Source: an uncultured bacterium
GTDB lineage: Bacteria; Krumholzibacteriota; Krumholzibacteriia; LZORAL124-64-63
Assembly (NCBI GenBank): GCA_963732385.1
Contig: CAVSZB010000004.1
Coordinates: 32,001-96,000 of the forward strand
DNA length: 64,000 nt
Direction: 5' to 3'
Within the stretch, counting starts at the first letter, position 1. Each line of letters starts with the position of its first letter. Below are positions 55,314 to 64,000 of the stretch, in pieces. The notes below the pieces were generated by a model. It was not told the DNA's origin and did not search any database. It was given only the letters and a program-made list of their open reading frames with translations. A program made the position numbers and the translations under genes.

Positions 55314-58300
55314 ATGAAGAGACTCACATTTATCGTGTGTCTGTCTCTGGCACTGTTCGCCAGCCTCGCAATCGCTGGGGATTTTTCCAGAGATAACAGC
55401 GGACAGACTCAGCGTATCCCGTTTGACGCCAGAGGCGCCAACACCAGCATGCTTAATGGCTGGCCCATGAGCGCCGGCAAGGCCGCAGCCGAAACGGTTT
55501 ATATCCTGGGCGGCCCCAACCTGCAGACCGGCAAGTTCCAGAACACGTCGTTTGCGCCGGACGCTCAGGGTTGGTTCGGCATGGACTACACGGACATGAA
55601 GGCAAGTTGGCACATCGCCGACTACAATGCCGCGAATCTGGATCCCGTCGCCGATAACGTCGCCATGTGGTGCGGCGAGATTTTTTCCGGGGACTGCGGT
55701 GGCGGCGATACGGTTGAGGGCTACGATAACAACTACAACCTCTGGCTCGATTGGTACGGCCAGGTCGCGGACAATTCCCTGCCCACGTGGGTCACCGTGA
55801 AAGCGCATGTGAACAACGACTCCGAGCCCGACTACGACTATCTGACTCTCCAGGTCGAGACGGTCGGCGTGATGGAACTCGCGCATGCCGATGCCGTCTT
55901 TACCGGTGTTTCTGTCTATGGGGTCGATGCCGGTAGCGACATGAACGTGAGGTTCCAGGTGCAGCCTGACAGTTACGTCGGGGACGGCCTCGACGAGGTG
56001 CATCTGCGCTGGCTCGGTCAGGCGGACACCGGTTATTCCGACGGCGACTGCCTGTATCCCAGCAGTGGCCTCGCCCAGATCGACGACATCGAGGTCCTCT
56101 TCGGTGATCTCGGTTCGGAAGTGAGCCAGTCCTATGACACGTTCCAGCCCGGCGATCCGGTGAGCTGGGTCAACGTCAAGCCGCCGTTTGTCGGCGATTT
56201 CCACAAGGTGTGGCCGTTGCTGGGGGACTCCGACGAGTGCGCCAGCAATGTGTCTCCGCAGATGGCGTTCATCGACGATGGCGTTGTGGTTCCCGGGACG
56301 GGTGGTACCGTGTGCGGGACCTGGAACTACGGTCCCGGTGGCTTTGGCACGACGACAACCGGTGGTCTCGCCGGCGATCAATACGGGATCAACAACGATG
56401 TCTGGTCGCCTGTGATGGATTGGCCCGTGGGCGTGACCGCCAGCCTCGACGGCGCCAATTTCCTGTGGAACGTGTACACGCACCTTCCGATCGATAACGG
56501 GCTCTTTTACCAGTGGGGCATCCGCACCTCCCTGGACGGCGGCCTTACCTGGCCCGGCAGTTGGAAGGATAACAATACCGTGTACTACGGCGGCGGTCTG
56601 GCCACGTACGGCCGCGCCGGCTTTGCAGTGACCAGCAAGCTGAACTCCGGTCGCAACAAGGTCCAGATCGCGCTGGGCGTGACTGAGCCCTGGCTCGCGG
56701 ATTTCACCGGCAACGATAATACGCCGGCTCCGTACTTCGACAACGTGACGCTGCTCGCCTTCTCCTTCGGCGGGCCCGCGCTGTCGGTGACGGGTGCGTG
56801 GTCCTTGTTCAACGACAACTGGCCGGAAAATTCCGAAATCGACTATGCGGATCTGACCCAGAACTCGGTGCGCGTGGACATCGGGCAGAACATCGCTGCC
56901 AGAGCCACCGAGCGTAACGATCCGGGCGACTCTGTCGTCGTGACAATCAAGGCGGTCCGCACCGGTGCCGTGCTTACCGGTCGGCCCACCATGCACGTCA
57001 AGATGAAGATCAATCCTCTGTTCGATTCCACCTGCCGCACGGCCATTCCGGCCGGCTTTACTCAGGTTGGCAACATCATCACCGGCTCAGTGCTGGGCGA
57101 CACGGTCTGGACGACGTCCGTTCCGCCGGTTCGCATGGCTAACCTCTGGAAGTGGGACCTGCCCGACACCGGGTTCTTCTTCCCCGGCGACAGCTTCCAC
57201 TACTACTTCAGAGCCGAGGACACCCTGGGCGGAGTTCTCGGAGTCTCGCATATGCCGGCCGATACCGCCGGCTTCGCCTATTTCCCGGGCCACCCGCTCT
57301 ACGACTCGGGTCGCTATTATGAACTCTACAAGACTGACGCTCTGCCGACGATGATCACGGCGGTGAAGGACGTTGGTCAGCCTCACGTGCTGTTCTGGGA
57401 CGATTCCCAGGACCGTGCCAACCAGGATGAGTGGTTCGCTGCCCTGGACAATCTCGGCTTCCGTCAGGGCATCGACTATGACATCTACTGCGAGAACTCT
57501 CCGTCCTCCGGCCAGGGCAATGGCCTCGGCGGCCGGACGAACGCGCTGAAAATGTCCGGTTACAACACGATGCTTTACACGGCTGGGAATCTGGGCTCCT
57601 ACACGTTCTGCAACGGAGATCCCGCCGGCGATCCCGGCAACGATATCTTCGTGGTGGATTCCTGGCTGCAGCAGGGCGGCAAGAACATGTTTGCCACCGG
57701 CGATAACATCATCCAGGACCTGTCGGCCTCCGGCGCCAACGCGGTCGCTTTCAGGGACAAGTGGTTCGGGGTTGCCTACAACAACTTCGAAGTCAAGCCG
57801 CTCATTGGTGGCCAGATGGCGCCGCACGTGAGCCCGATCACCGTCGCGAGCGCGCCGGTGTTGAGCAAGCCCTACATCGCTCAGGGTGGCTGTGAGGGCG
57901 GCATCAACGACTTTGACGCCGTCACCGCGGTTGCTCCGGCGGTCCGGATTGCCCAGTTCACCAGCCCGACCGGCGCCCTCGGGGTCTACCCGTACGCTGC
58001 GGCGGTCTACAACAACGTCACGGTGAACACCGCTCGCGTCGTTCTCATGCCCTACGACCTGTGCTACATCTGGGACGGCGCCCCGACCGGCGGGATCGCG
58101 GTCCGTGCCCAGATTTTGCAGGACGTTCTGGCCTTCTTCGGCAATTTGCCTGGCGGGGCTGCAGTGGGCGTGACGCCCGAGGCAGTGTTCACGGCCAGGA
58201 ACTTCCCGAACCCGTTCAACCCGAGCACGAAGATCGAGTTCACCCTGCCGGCCAAGAGCCAGGTTGAGCTGAAGATCTACAACGTGCGCGGTGAACTGGT

Positions 58301-58457
58301 GAAGACGCTGCTGAACGAGAACATGGATGCGACGACGCACTCCGTGATCTGGGACGGCCGCAACTCCACCGGTCAGTCGGTCTCCTCGGGCGTGTACTTC
58401 TACAGCCTGAAGGCCGGCAGCTACGAGAAGATGGAGAAGATGACGCTGGTGAAGTAA
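55314..58457 (+). CDS. Large secreted protein (1047 aa) with C-terminal FlgD-Ig / T9SS-type sorting domain; possible major surface protein
   Basis: Signal peptide MKRLTFIVCLSLALFASLAIA; C-terminus 'NFPNPFNPSTKIEF...IYNVRGELV...WDGRN...SSGVYFY...KMTLVK'. Confidence 0.88.
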   Translation: MKRLTFIVCLSLALFASLAIAGDFSRDNSGQTQRIPFDARGANTSMLNGWPMSAGKAAAETVYILGGPNLQTGKFQNTSFAPDAQGWFGMDYTDMKASWHIADYNAANLDPVADNVAMWCGEIFSGDCGGGDTVEGYDNNYNLWLDWYGQVADNSLPTWVTVKAHVNNDSEPDYDYLTLQVETVGVMELAHADAVFTGVSVYGVDAGSDMNVRFQVQPDSYVGDGLDEVHLRWLGQADTGYSDGDCLYPSSGLAQIDDIEVLFGDLGSEVSQSYDTFQPGDPVSWVNVKPPFVGDFHKVWPLLGDSDECASNVSPQMAFIDDGVVVPGTGGTVCGTWNYGPGGFGTTTTGGLAGDQYGINNDVWSPVMDWPVGVTASLDGANFLWNVYTHLPIDNGLFYQWGIRTSLDGGLTWPGSWKDNNTVYYGGGLATYGRAGFAVTSKLNSGRNKVQIALGVTEPWLADFTGNDNTPAPYFDNVTLLAFSFGGPALSVTGAWSLFNDNWPENSEIDYADLTQNSVRVDIGQNIAARATERNDPGDSVVVTIKAVRTGAVLTGRPTMHVKMKINPLFDSTCRTAIPAGFTQVGNIITGSVLGDTVWTTSVPPVRMANLWKWDLPDTGFFFPGDSFHYYFRAEDTLGGVLGVSHMPADTAGFAYFPGHPLYDSGRYYELYKTDALPTMITAVKDVGQPHVLFWDDSQDRANQDEWFAALDNLGFRQGIDYDIYCENSPSSGQGNGLGGRTNALKMSGYNTMLYTAGNLGSYTFCNGDPAGDPGNDIFVVDSWLQQGGKNMFATGDNIIQDLSASGANAVAFRDKWFGVAYNNFEVKPLIGGQMAPHVSPITVASAPVLSKPYIAQGGCEGGINDFDAVTAVAPAVRIAQFTSPTGALGVYPYAAAVYNNVTVNTARVVLMPYDLCYIWDGAPTGGIAVRAQILQDVLAFFGNLPGGAAVGVTPEAVFTARNFPNPFNPSTKIEFTLPAKSQVELKIYNVRGELVKTLLNENMDATTHSVIWDGRNSTGQSVSSGVYFYSLKAGSYEKMEKMTLVK

Positions 58458-58485
58458 CCCGGTTGCTTCACGGCCGAGTCTGAAG

Positions 58486-58517
58486 GGAGCGGCCCCCCCG
58501 CGCGGGGGGGCCGCTTC
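58486..58517 (+). terminator. Strong GC hairpin after the large secreted protein gene
   Basis: AGCGGCCCCCCC-GCGC-GGGGGGGCCGCT, then a weak U-tract (TCTGCTT). Confidence 0.65.
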
Positions 58518-58582
58518 TGCTTGTCGGGGCTCCTCGAGTCTGCTTTTTCGAAGCGGTTGAGTGGTGCGGAGGGTCCCCGCAG

Positions 58583-58612
58583 TTGACAGCAATGGAACGG
58601 ACCCCCTATATT
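58583..58612 (+). promoter_or_regulatory. Sigma70-type promoter for the lipoprotein genes
   Basis: TTGACA, 18-nt spacer, TATATT. Confidence 0.5.
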
Positions 58613-58744
58613 TCACAAGCTTCAAGCGGAGCCCTGCCTGCCGGAAGGACGCGGGCTCCCATCCCTTAGGCGGTCGTCTGCCCTCGCGCCGACCGTGCTA
58701 TGTGAAAAGCGCGCCGGTCGCGCTGGAGGGGGTTTCGCGCAGCC

Positions 58745-61036
58745 ATGTGGAGCCGCAGACGTATCGTGGTTGGCCTGCTGCTGGGCTTGCTCGGCCTGAC
58801 GGTCCTCTTCGGCTGCCGGGCCTTCACGCCCGAAGTGGCCATCGTGAATCGGGCGCCGGAAACGTTTATCGTGGGGGCACCTGCCGAGACCTCGGGCGGC
58901 TACTACCATTTCCATCTCTACTGGTACGGCACTGATACTGACGGCGCGGTGACCAGGTTCGTATGGGCGGTGACCGATACGTCGATCCAGGACCACCGCT
59001 ACCTGGGTGACGAGGAGGACGGGCGCTTCAACCCCGCCACGAACGTCGGCACGCTCCGGATCGGGCACTACACCACTCGCACTGATACCGTTTTTGACTT
59101 TCAGATCGGCCAGGGGCCGATTGTGTCTTATGAGAAGACGTTTCATATTGTCGCCATGGATGATCAGGGGGATTTCGACCGCACGCCGGCGCGACTACGT
59201 TTTGTCAGCAATGCGCTCGGCAATCCGCGGCTCCGGTTCTACCGATCTGATATCGCCGGGTCCGGGCCGCTATTCGCCGATTTCGACACCGTGGCCTACG
59301 GTCACCCCTTCGCCCTGTCGTGGAGCGGAACTACGCCCAATATCCGTTCCTACAGCCCTGAGATGCTGGCGCAGCGCGATACTTTTCCGCCGATCGACGG
59401 GCTGCTTGGCTTCAAGTTCCGCCTGCAGGACAACGAATGCGACGGGAACGATTGCTGGCAGCCGCGGCGCTTCGACCCGGTCACGGGCGACAGCGTGAGC
59501 TATTACGGCGGACAGTCCCAGCTGCGCTTCTACAACGACGGCCGCTCCGAGGAAGCGCGGGGTGCGCGACTCGAATCCGGAGTGCACCGCCTGATGGTGA
59601 ATTCCATCGACATGGCGGGCGTGGAGGTGCCGGCGGCGAAGCAGGCAGTCAACTACGTGGTCAACTACGACCCCCAAACCCGGCTGCTCCGCGGAGAATC
59701 TGACCCCTTCAACCCATTCTACCTTGTGCCCGATGAAAAAATTTATCCCTACTACCGGGTCTTTCACCCGGACCATTCCGTCACGGAGCATCCGTTCGCC
59801 GAGGGGGACACCGTCCCTGACAAGGCATACGTTGTCTTCAAAGCGATCGGCTGGGACGATCCGCGGGATCTGCGAGTCGATTTAACCCAGGCGGATGTCC
59901 GGTTCCAGGGGGCTTTCGACGCCCGCGGAAAGTACGGCGGCCAGTCGATCTTCACGTTCGCGACGCGGTTCAGCGAACCCACCCGCACGCTGGCGTGGGA
60001 GCGCTCCGCGGCCGATGGGGGTGGCGGGGCGGATACGGTAGGTTTCCTGGTCGGACCGTTCGATTATACTGTGACGATGCGTTCCGTCGATGAATGGGAC
60101 AGACGTGACGGCACGCCGGAGCGATTCTCTTTCGTTGGCGATTTCAAACCTTGTGTACAGTGCGTCGAGTTGCTCGTTGGCGCGGAGTCTGCCGCCTCGG
60201 ACACCGATCTCGGTTGCCAGGACGCCGTCTGCGCCGCGGTTGTGGACACTATCTTCGCGCGTCTGAACCCGACCATTCCGGTGCCGTCCGGCTGGCGACA
60301 GGCGAGCCTGCTCGACGTCACCCCGCTCGCCAAGGATTTGTTGTGGTACAACACCAAGACCGGCGCGGTGTGGCTTGACGAACCACTTTCCACCGTGGAG
60401 CCTGATTCCATGCCGGGGTATTTCTTCGAGTACCGGCTGGCGCTGCACGGCCGGGAGCATCCGCTTGAGCCGTGGAGTGCGGACCGTCCCCAGGACCGGA
60501 TCATGTCTTGGAACTACCAGATTGTCGGGGAGCGGGACACCGTCAACGCAATCGCTGAGGGCGGTGGCAAGGACAACTTGGATTTCATCACCTACCGGTG
60601 GGAGGCCTACAACCCTCTGGCCACCCTCCCGCAGCCGATCGCCATCGATGACGACGGGGTCTGGACGTTGCGGGTAAAGTTTTTCGTGCCGGAGCTGGCG
60701 ATGGACCAGGGGGAGGCGATCTACATCAGCGACCTGCAGAGCAGGTACCAGAACTGGCAGGACGTCTACCGTCTGACCACCGGCCAGTTCGGATCGACAA
60801 CCGTGAAGGTGCGCGCCAATGACGCGAGCACGTGCGACTGGAACCCGGAGCGGTCGAAGTATTACTACTATACAAATTTGCGCGTGCCTCTGGAACACGG
60901 TATGGCTTGCGCCGGGTCTTATGAAGGGGTGTTGGGTTCGCTCCGACTGGCTGATTTCACGCGGTTCAGCGATGTTTCCACGAAGCGGCTCGTGGTCAAG
61001 GTATTTCCCAGTTCGGGCGGTGGCTTTTTCCCGTGA
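58745..61036 (+). CDS. Large lipoprotein with Ig-like modules, function unknown
   Basis: Lipobox LFG-C; 'NRAPETFI...WYGTDTDG...DRTPAR' module, with 'DGTPER' recurring later. Confidence 0.8.
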   Translation: MWSRRRIVVGLLLGLLGLTVLFGCRAFTPEVAIVNRAPETFIVGAPAETSGGYYHFHLYWYGTDTDGAVTRFVWAVTDTSIQDHRYLGDEEDGRFNPATNVGTLRIGHYTTRTDTVFDFQIGQGPIVSYEKTFHIVAMDDQGDFDRTPARLRFVSNALGNPRLRFYRSDIAGSGPLFADFDTVAYGHPFALSWSGTTPNIRSYSPEMLAQRDTFPPIDGLLGFKFRLQDNECDGNDCWQPRRFDPVTGDSVSYYGGQSQLRFYNDGRSEEARGARLESGVHRLMVNSIDMAGVEVPAAKQAVNYVVNYDPQTRLLRGESDPFNPFYLVPDEKIYPYYRVFHPDHSVTEHPFAEGDTVPDKAYVVFKAIGWDDPRDLRVDLTQADVRFQGAFDARGKYGGQSIFTFATRFSEPTRTLAWERSAADGGGGADTVGFLVGPFDYTVTMRSVDEWDRRDGTPERFSFVGDFKPCVQCVELLVGAESAASDTDLGCQDAVCAAVVDTIFARLNPTIPVPSGWRQASLLDVTPLAKDLLWYNTKTGAVWLDEPLSTVEPDSMPGYFFEYRLALHGREHPLEPWSADRPQDRIMSWNYQIVGERDTVNAIAEGGGKDNLDFITYRWEAYNPLATLPQPIAIDDDGVWTLRVKFFVPELAMDQGEAIYISDLQSRYQNWQDVYRLTTGQFGSTTVKVRANDASTCDWNPERSKYYYYTNLRVPLEHGMACAGSYEGVLGSLRLADFTRFSDVSTKRLVVKVFPSSGGGFFP

Positions 61037-61134
61037 AACGGGGGATGTCTCGGCGGCGATCGCGCACGTCCCTCACCGGTACGGACAGACGGTCGCGGTG
61101 AGCTGCTTCGGAACGCAGTTCAGGCGAGGAGTTC

Positions 61135-63723
61135 ATGATGACCTGCAGGAAAGCGATTCTACTGCTGCTCGGGCTGGCGATACTGGCCTTGCTGCCGGTG
61201 CTGCATGGCTGCTCTCCGAGCCAGGAACTGTCCGGCACCCCGGTGCCGAACGCGCTCCCGGACACGCGGGTGACCGGCCAGCCACCGACGCTGCGCGAGT
61301 CCGACTTCATCGTGCGCTTTTTCTGGACCGGAACCGACCCTGACGGGCGGATCCGGGGCTACCAATGGAAGCTGAGCAACAACGGGCTCGATGGCATCAG
61401 TCTGCGCGATACCCTCACCATCGATCCGGCCACCGGTGACACGCTGAATCCCTGGCACTTCACCACGGCGACGGACACCACCTTCGTCGTCCGCTCCGAT
61501 CGGACCGGTTTTCCGGGCGACAGCGGGCTTGTCCCCACGGACCAGCGCTCCTATGAAACCCATACCCTGTTCGTACGAGCGATCGACGCCGAGGGGGGAT
61601 TGGATCCGACGCCGGCCATCATCTCCTTTACCTCAACGACCATCGTGCCCCGGATCTGGGCCGACAGGCCAGTTAACATGCGCGGGTATGACGTCGCTCA
61701 GGTGGGGCCCCCCTCGATGTTTTTCGGCTGGACGGGGGTCGATGCGGACTTCGTCACCGGTGTGCCGGTGAAGGTGCGCTATCTGTGGAGACCGGCGCTG
61801 GCGGGAGGCCAGTACGTCCAGAGCAGTTCCTCTTTCTACAGAAACGTGGAAACTGTCTGCAGCTTCTCCGACCCGGGCTGGAGCGACTGGCTCCCTTACG
61901 CCGCGCGGCCCGAGGATCGGGTTGCTGTGTTTCAGGGGCAGCGGTTCGATGCTCTTGGCCGCGTCATGACTTACATCTTTGCAATCCAGGCTCAGGATAC
62001 CGCAGGCGCGTGCAGCGTGGAGCGGACCTACGCCCAGAACGTGCATAACGTCTCAATCGTCTATGACAAGACCCCCCTGCTCACCGTGCTGGAGACCTAT
62101 CTGGGAAGTGTTCAGGCAGTCGGGACGACCCGTCTGTTCGATTTTGACATCGCCCAGAACCAGCCGCTGAACGTAGCCTGGTACGGGGATGCGGAGGGGT
62201 ACGCCGGTGCCGTGAGCAGCTATCGCTATGGCTGGGACGTCACCGATACCTCTGACGAGGACGATTTGGGTTGGTCCTCGCAACCCGGCAATACTCCGCA
62301 GCATCGCCAGTCTCCGGAGAGGCGGTTCCAGTCCGGCGTGCATACCCTGACCGTGCAGTGCTTCGATACCTCGGACCAGATGACGATGCTCACGATACGC
62401 TTCGCGGTCGTACCGGTGCCGCAGCCGTATGACCAGAAACCGTTGCTGCTCGTGGATGACGTGCATGACCAGATCAGCAACGCCTGGCCCGACGCATCCG
62501 GCAGACCGCTGGACCTGGATGTCTATCGGGACGCGTTCTGGATGGAGGTTCTGGACGATGCGGGCGGCGTGGTGAACTTCGACTCCGCCAGCGACATTTT
62601 CGATACCGAGATCACCAAGGATTTCGGTTACCGGGAGGCTGTCAACTACGCCAACATCATCTGGGCCCACAGAAAGGGCACCAACAGTTATGTCAACGTC
62701 ACCTTCGATCCGGCCAGAGAGTTGCGGGACAAATACGTCTGGCTCACCAATTACCAGATCCAGGTCGGCAACGTCTTCTTGTGCGGGCAGCAGGCGCTGA
62801 ATTCGTTCATCGGGGATCGGGGTATGGTCTCCGCCCTGTTGTTCACAGGAGCCACCGCCACTGCGGCGTATTGGATGTCGCCGATAATCTTCGACACCGA
62901 AGAGGAAACCAGGATGTATGGGAACACATCCTACGCGCTCGGGTTCGGCTGGCGAAGGACTGCGGACGGGAATCTGACGCTTATCGGTAAGGAGCGCTAC
63001 CCTTACCTGATCTGGGGCATTGACGCGATTGATGCGCCGAGCTCTCTGGTTCGGATCTACCCCGGTTCCCCCGGCCTGGCTTCTCTGGCGCGCAAGGCGC
63101 CCTGTGTCGGCACGAAGGCGGTCGTGCTCGATCCGGCGTTCAAGGCGTCCTACGTCGATCCCGGTGCGATGGCGGACACCATCTATGCCGCGCGGAATAT
63201 TGACTGGGTCGACTATCCGGCGCCGACACTTGAGAATCCGTATTCCTACCCGCCGTTCAACTTGGTGACAACTTACGTCTGGGGATTGGACGAGTTTTAC
63301 GACACAAACATCACCCAGCGGCCGACCGCCATCATCAAGCAGAAGCTGAGCGATGGGCGGCCGGCGATGGAGCCGATGTGGCGGCTGTATTCGCGTTTCG
63401 ACTGGATCGATGACCTGCACGCGCAGAATGGCTATCCGGGCTGGCCGCAATACTATCCTCCCCCCAACGAGACCACGCGGCTCTATACCGACACGGACCT
63501 GCGCGGGATCTGCGGCGTGTACGGGCTGAATCTGCAGAAGCGGAGCGTGACCGGCGGGGCCGTGGTCGGCCTTATCTCGCGCAAGTTCGAACAGACGAAG
63601 CCGAGTGGACGTCCTGATGTCCTTTGGGGCTTCGACCCGTACCGGTTCAACAGAACCAAGATTAAACAGGCGATTCGCTGGGTTCTGCGCGAGGAATTCG
63701 GCATGCTGATGTCCTCACCGTGA
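61135..63723 (+). CDS. Large lipoprotein with Ig-like modules, related to the upstream gene
   Basis: Lipobox LHG-C; 'NALPDTRV...WTGTDPDG...DPTPA' module; repeated W.G.D motifs. Confidence 0.8.
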   Translation: MMTCRKAILLLLGLAILALLPVLHGCSPSQELSGTPVPNALPDTRVTGQPPTLRESDFIVRFFWTGTDPDGRIRGYQWKLSNNGLDGISLRDTLTIDPATGDTLNPWHFTTATDTTFVVRSDRTGFPGDSGLVPTDQRSYETHTLFVRAIDAEGGLDPTPAIISFTSTTIVPRIWADRPVNMRGYDVAQVGPPSMFFGWTGVDADFVTGVPVKVRYLWRPALAGGQYVQSSSSFYRNVETVCSFSDPGWSDWLPYAARPEDRVAVFQGQRFDALGRVMTYIFAIQAQDTAGACSVERTYAQNVHNVSIVYDKTPLLTVLETYLGSVQAVGTTRLFDFDIAQNQPLNVAWYGDAEGYAGAVSSYRYGWDVTDTSDEDDLGWSSQPGNTPQHRQSPERRFQSGVHTLTVQCFDTSDQMTMLTIRFAVVPVPQPYDQKPLLLVDDVHDQISNAWPDASGRPLDLDVYRDAFWMEVLDDAGGVVNFDSASDIFDTEITKDFGYREAVNYANIIWAHRKGTNSYVNVTFDPARELRDKYVWLTNYQIQVGNVFLCGQQALNSFIGDRGMVSALLFTGATATAAYWMSPIIFDTEEETRMYGNTSYALGFGWRRTADGNLTLIGKERYPYLIWGIDAIDAPSSLVRIYPGSPGLASLARKAPCVGTKAVVLDPAFKASYVDPGAMADTIYAARNIDWVDYPAPTLENPYSYPPFNLVTTYVWGLDEFYDTNITQRPTAIIKQKLSDGRPAMEPMWRLYSRFDWIDDLHAQNGYPGWPQYYPPPNETTRLYTDTDLRGICGVYGLNLQKRSVTGGAVVGLISRKFEQTKPSGRPDVLWGFDPYRFNRTKIKQAIRWVLREEFGMLMSSP

Positions 63724-63812
63724 GGGATGGCTCCGGGCGGCTCGCCCGCGCGCGCCGCCCACGTCAGCAGGCGCCTGGGTAAGCTCCGGACATTTTGAAA
63801 GGCAGGCTGACC

Positions 63813-64000
63813 GTGAAGATGGCAGAGAGTTGCCGGATTTTCGGACGGGTGTGGTTTGCCCTCTGCATCGCGGGATTGGCGGCGGGCGCCCCCGACCGGG
63901 CGCTGGCGCAGAGCTATACGCCCCCCGAGGCCTGTCGGGTGGACAGTCTGCGGCTATTGTCTCCTTACAGGGACGGGGTGCGTGTGCGCCTGGCGGAAGC
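63813..64000 (+). CDS. Secreted protein, 3'-truncated by the window
   Basis: GTG/ATG at 63813/63819; MAESCRIFGRVWFALCIAGLAAGAPDRALA-QSY signal peptide; frame open to the window end. Confidence 0.6.
   Translation, partial: MKMAESCRIFGRVWFALCIAGLAAGAPDRALAQSYTPPEACRVDSLRLLSPYRDGVRVRLAE

Noticed and set aside
1..64000. CRISPR arrays, tRNA/rRNA genes, transposases, integrases, prophage or defence genes; long antisense ORFs
   Set aside because: No repeat-spacer periodicity, cloverleaf or mobile-element motifs were seen. The long antisense ORFs are explained by stop-codon scarcity opposite real genes.

Overview
GC-rich bacterial chromosomal window with no rRNA, tRNA, CRISPR array or recognisable mobile element. 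The PorV-family gene, proteins with 'FPNPFNP...WDG...SGVYF' C-terminal sorting domains and a Bacteroidetes-like short RpoD suggest a non-Bacteroidetes FCB lineage such as Krumholzibacteriota or Latescibacterota (inference). Most genes are housekeeping: queD, tdk, rmlA-like/rfbB, cca, fadD-like, mutY, icmF, Rrf2, rlmN, lpxH, degP-like, sigma factor, M23 peptidase, amidase, and hisS-aspS-phoH-HDIG-ybeY-corC-DUF502-recO-glyQ-glyS. A cluster of large secreted proteins and lipoproteins occupies the right end. The most interesting region is about 21.6-29 kb. A near-consensus sigma70 promoter drives a 111-aa secreted, membrane-anchored micro-protein (Gly linker plus GDPDD motif). It is followed by a TPR-GAF-AAA+ sigma54 activator, then an AT-rich region with IHF-like and palindromic sites. 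A sigma54 promoter there points into an ORF-poor, highly base-paired ~340-nt candidate ncRNA, and a second sigma54 promoter precedes a lipoprotein and a DUF4384-like/CxxCH gene. This looks like a peptide-sensing sigma54/sRNA circuit. Next to it is an M6-protease-like gene that has lost its HExxH motif and is split at a G9 tract. All family calls are from motif recognition by eye, with no database searches.
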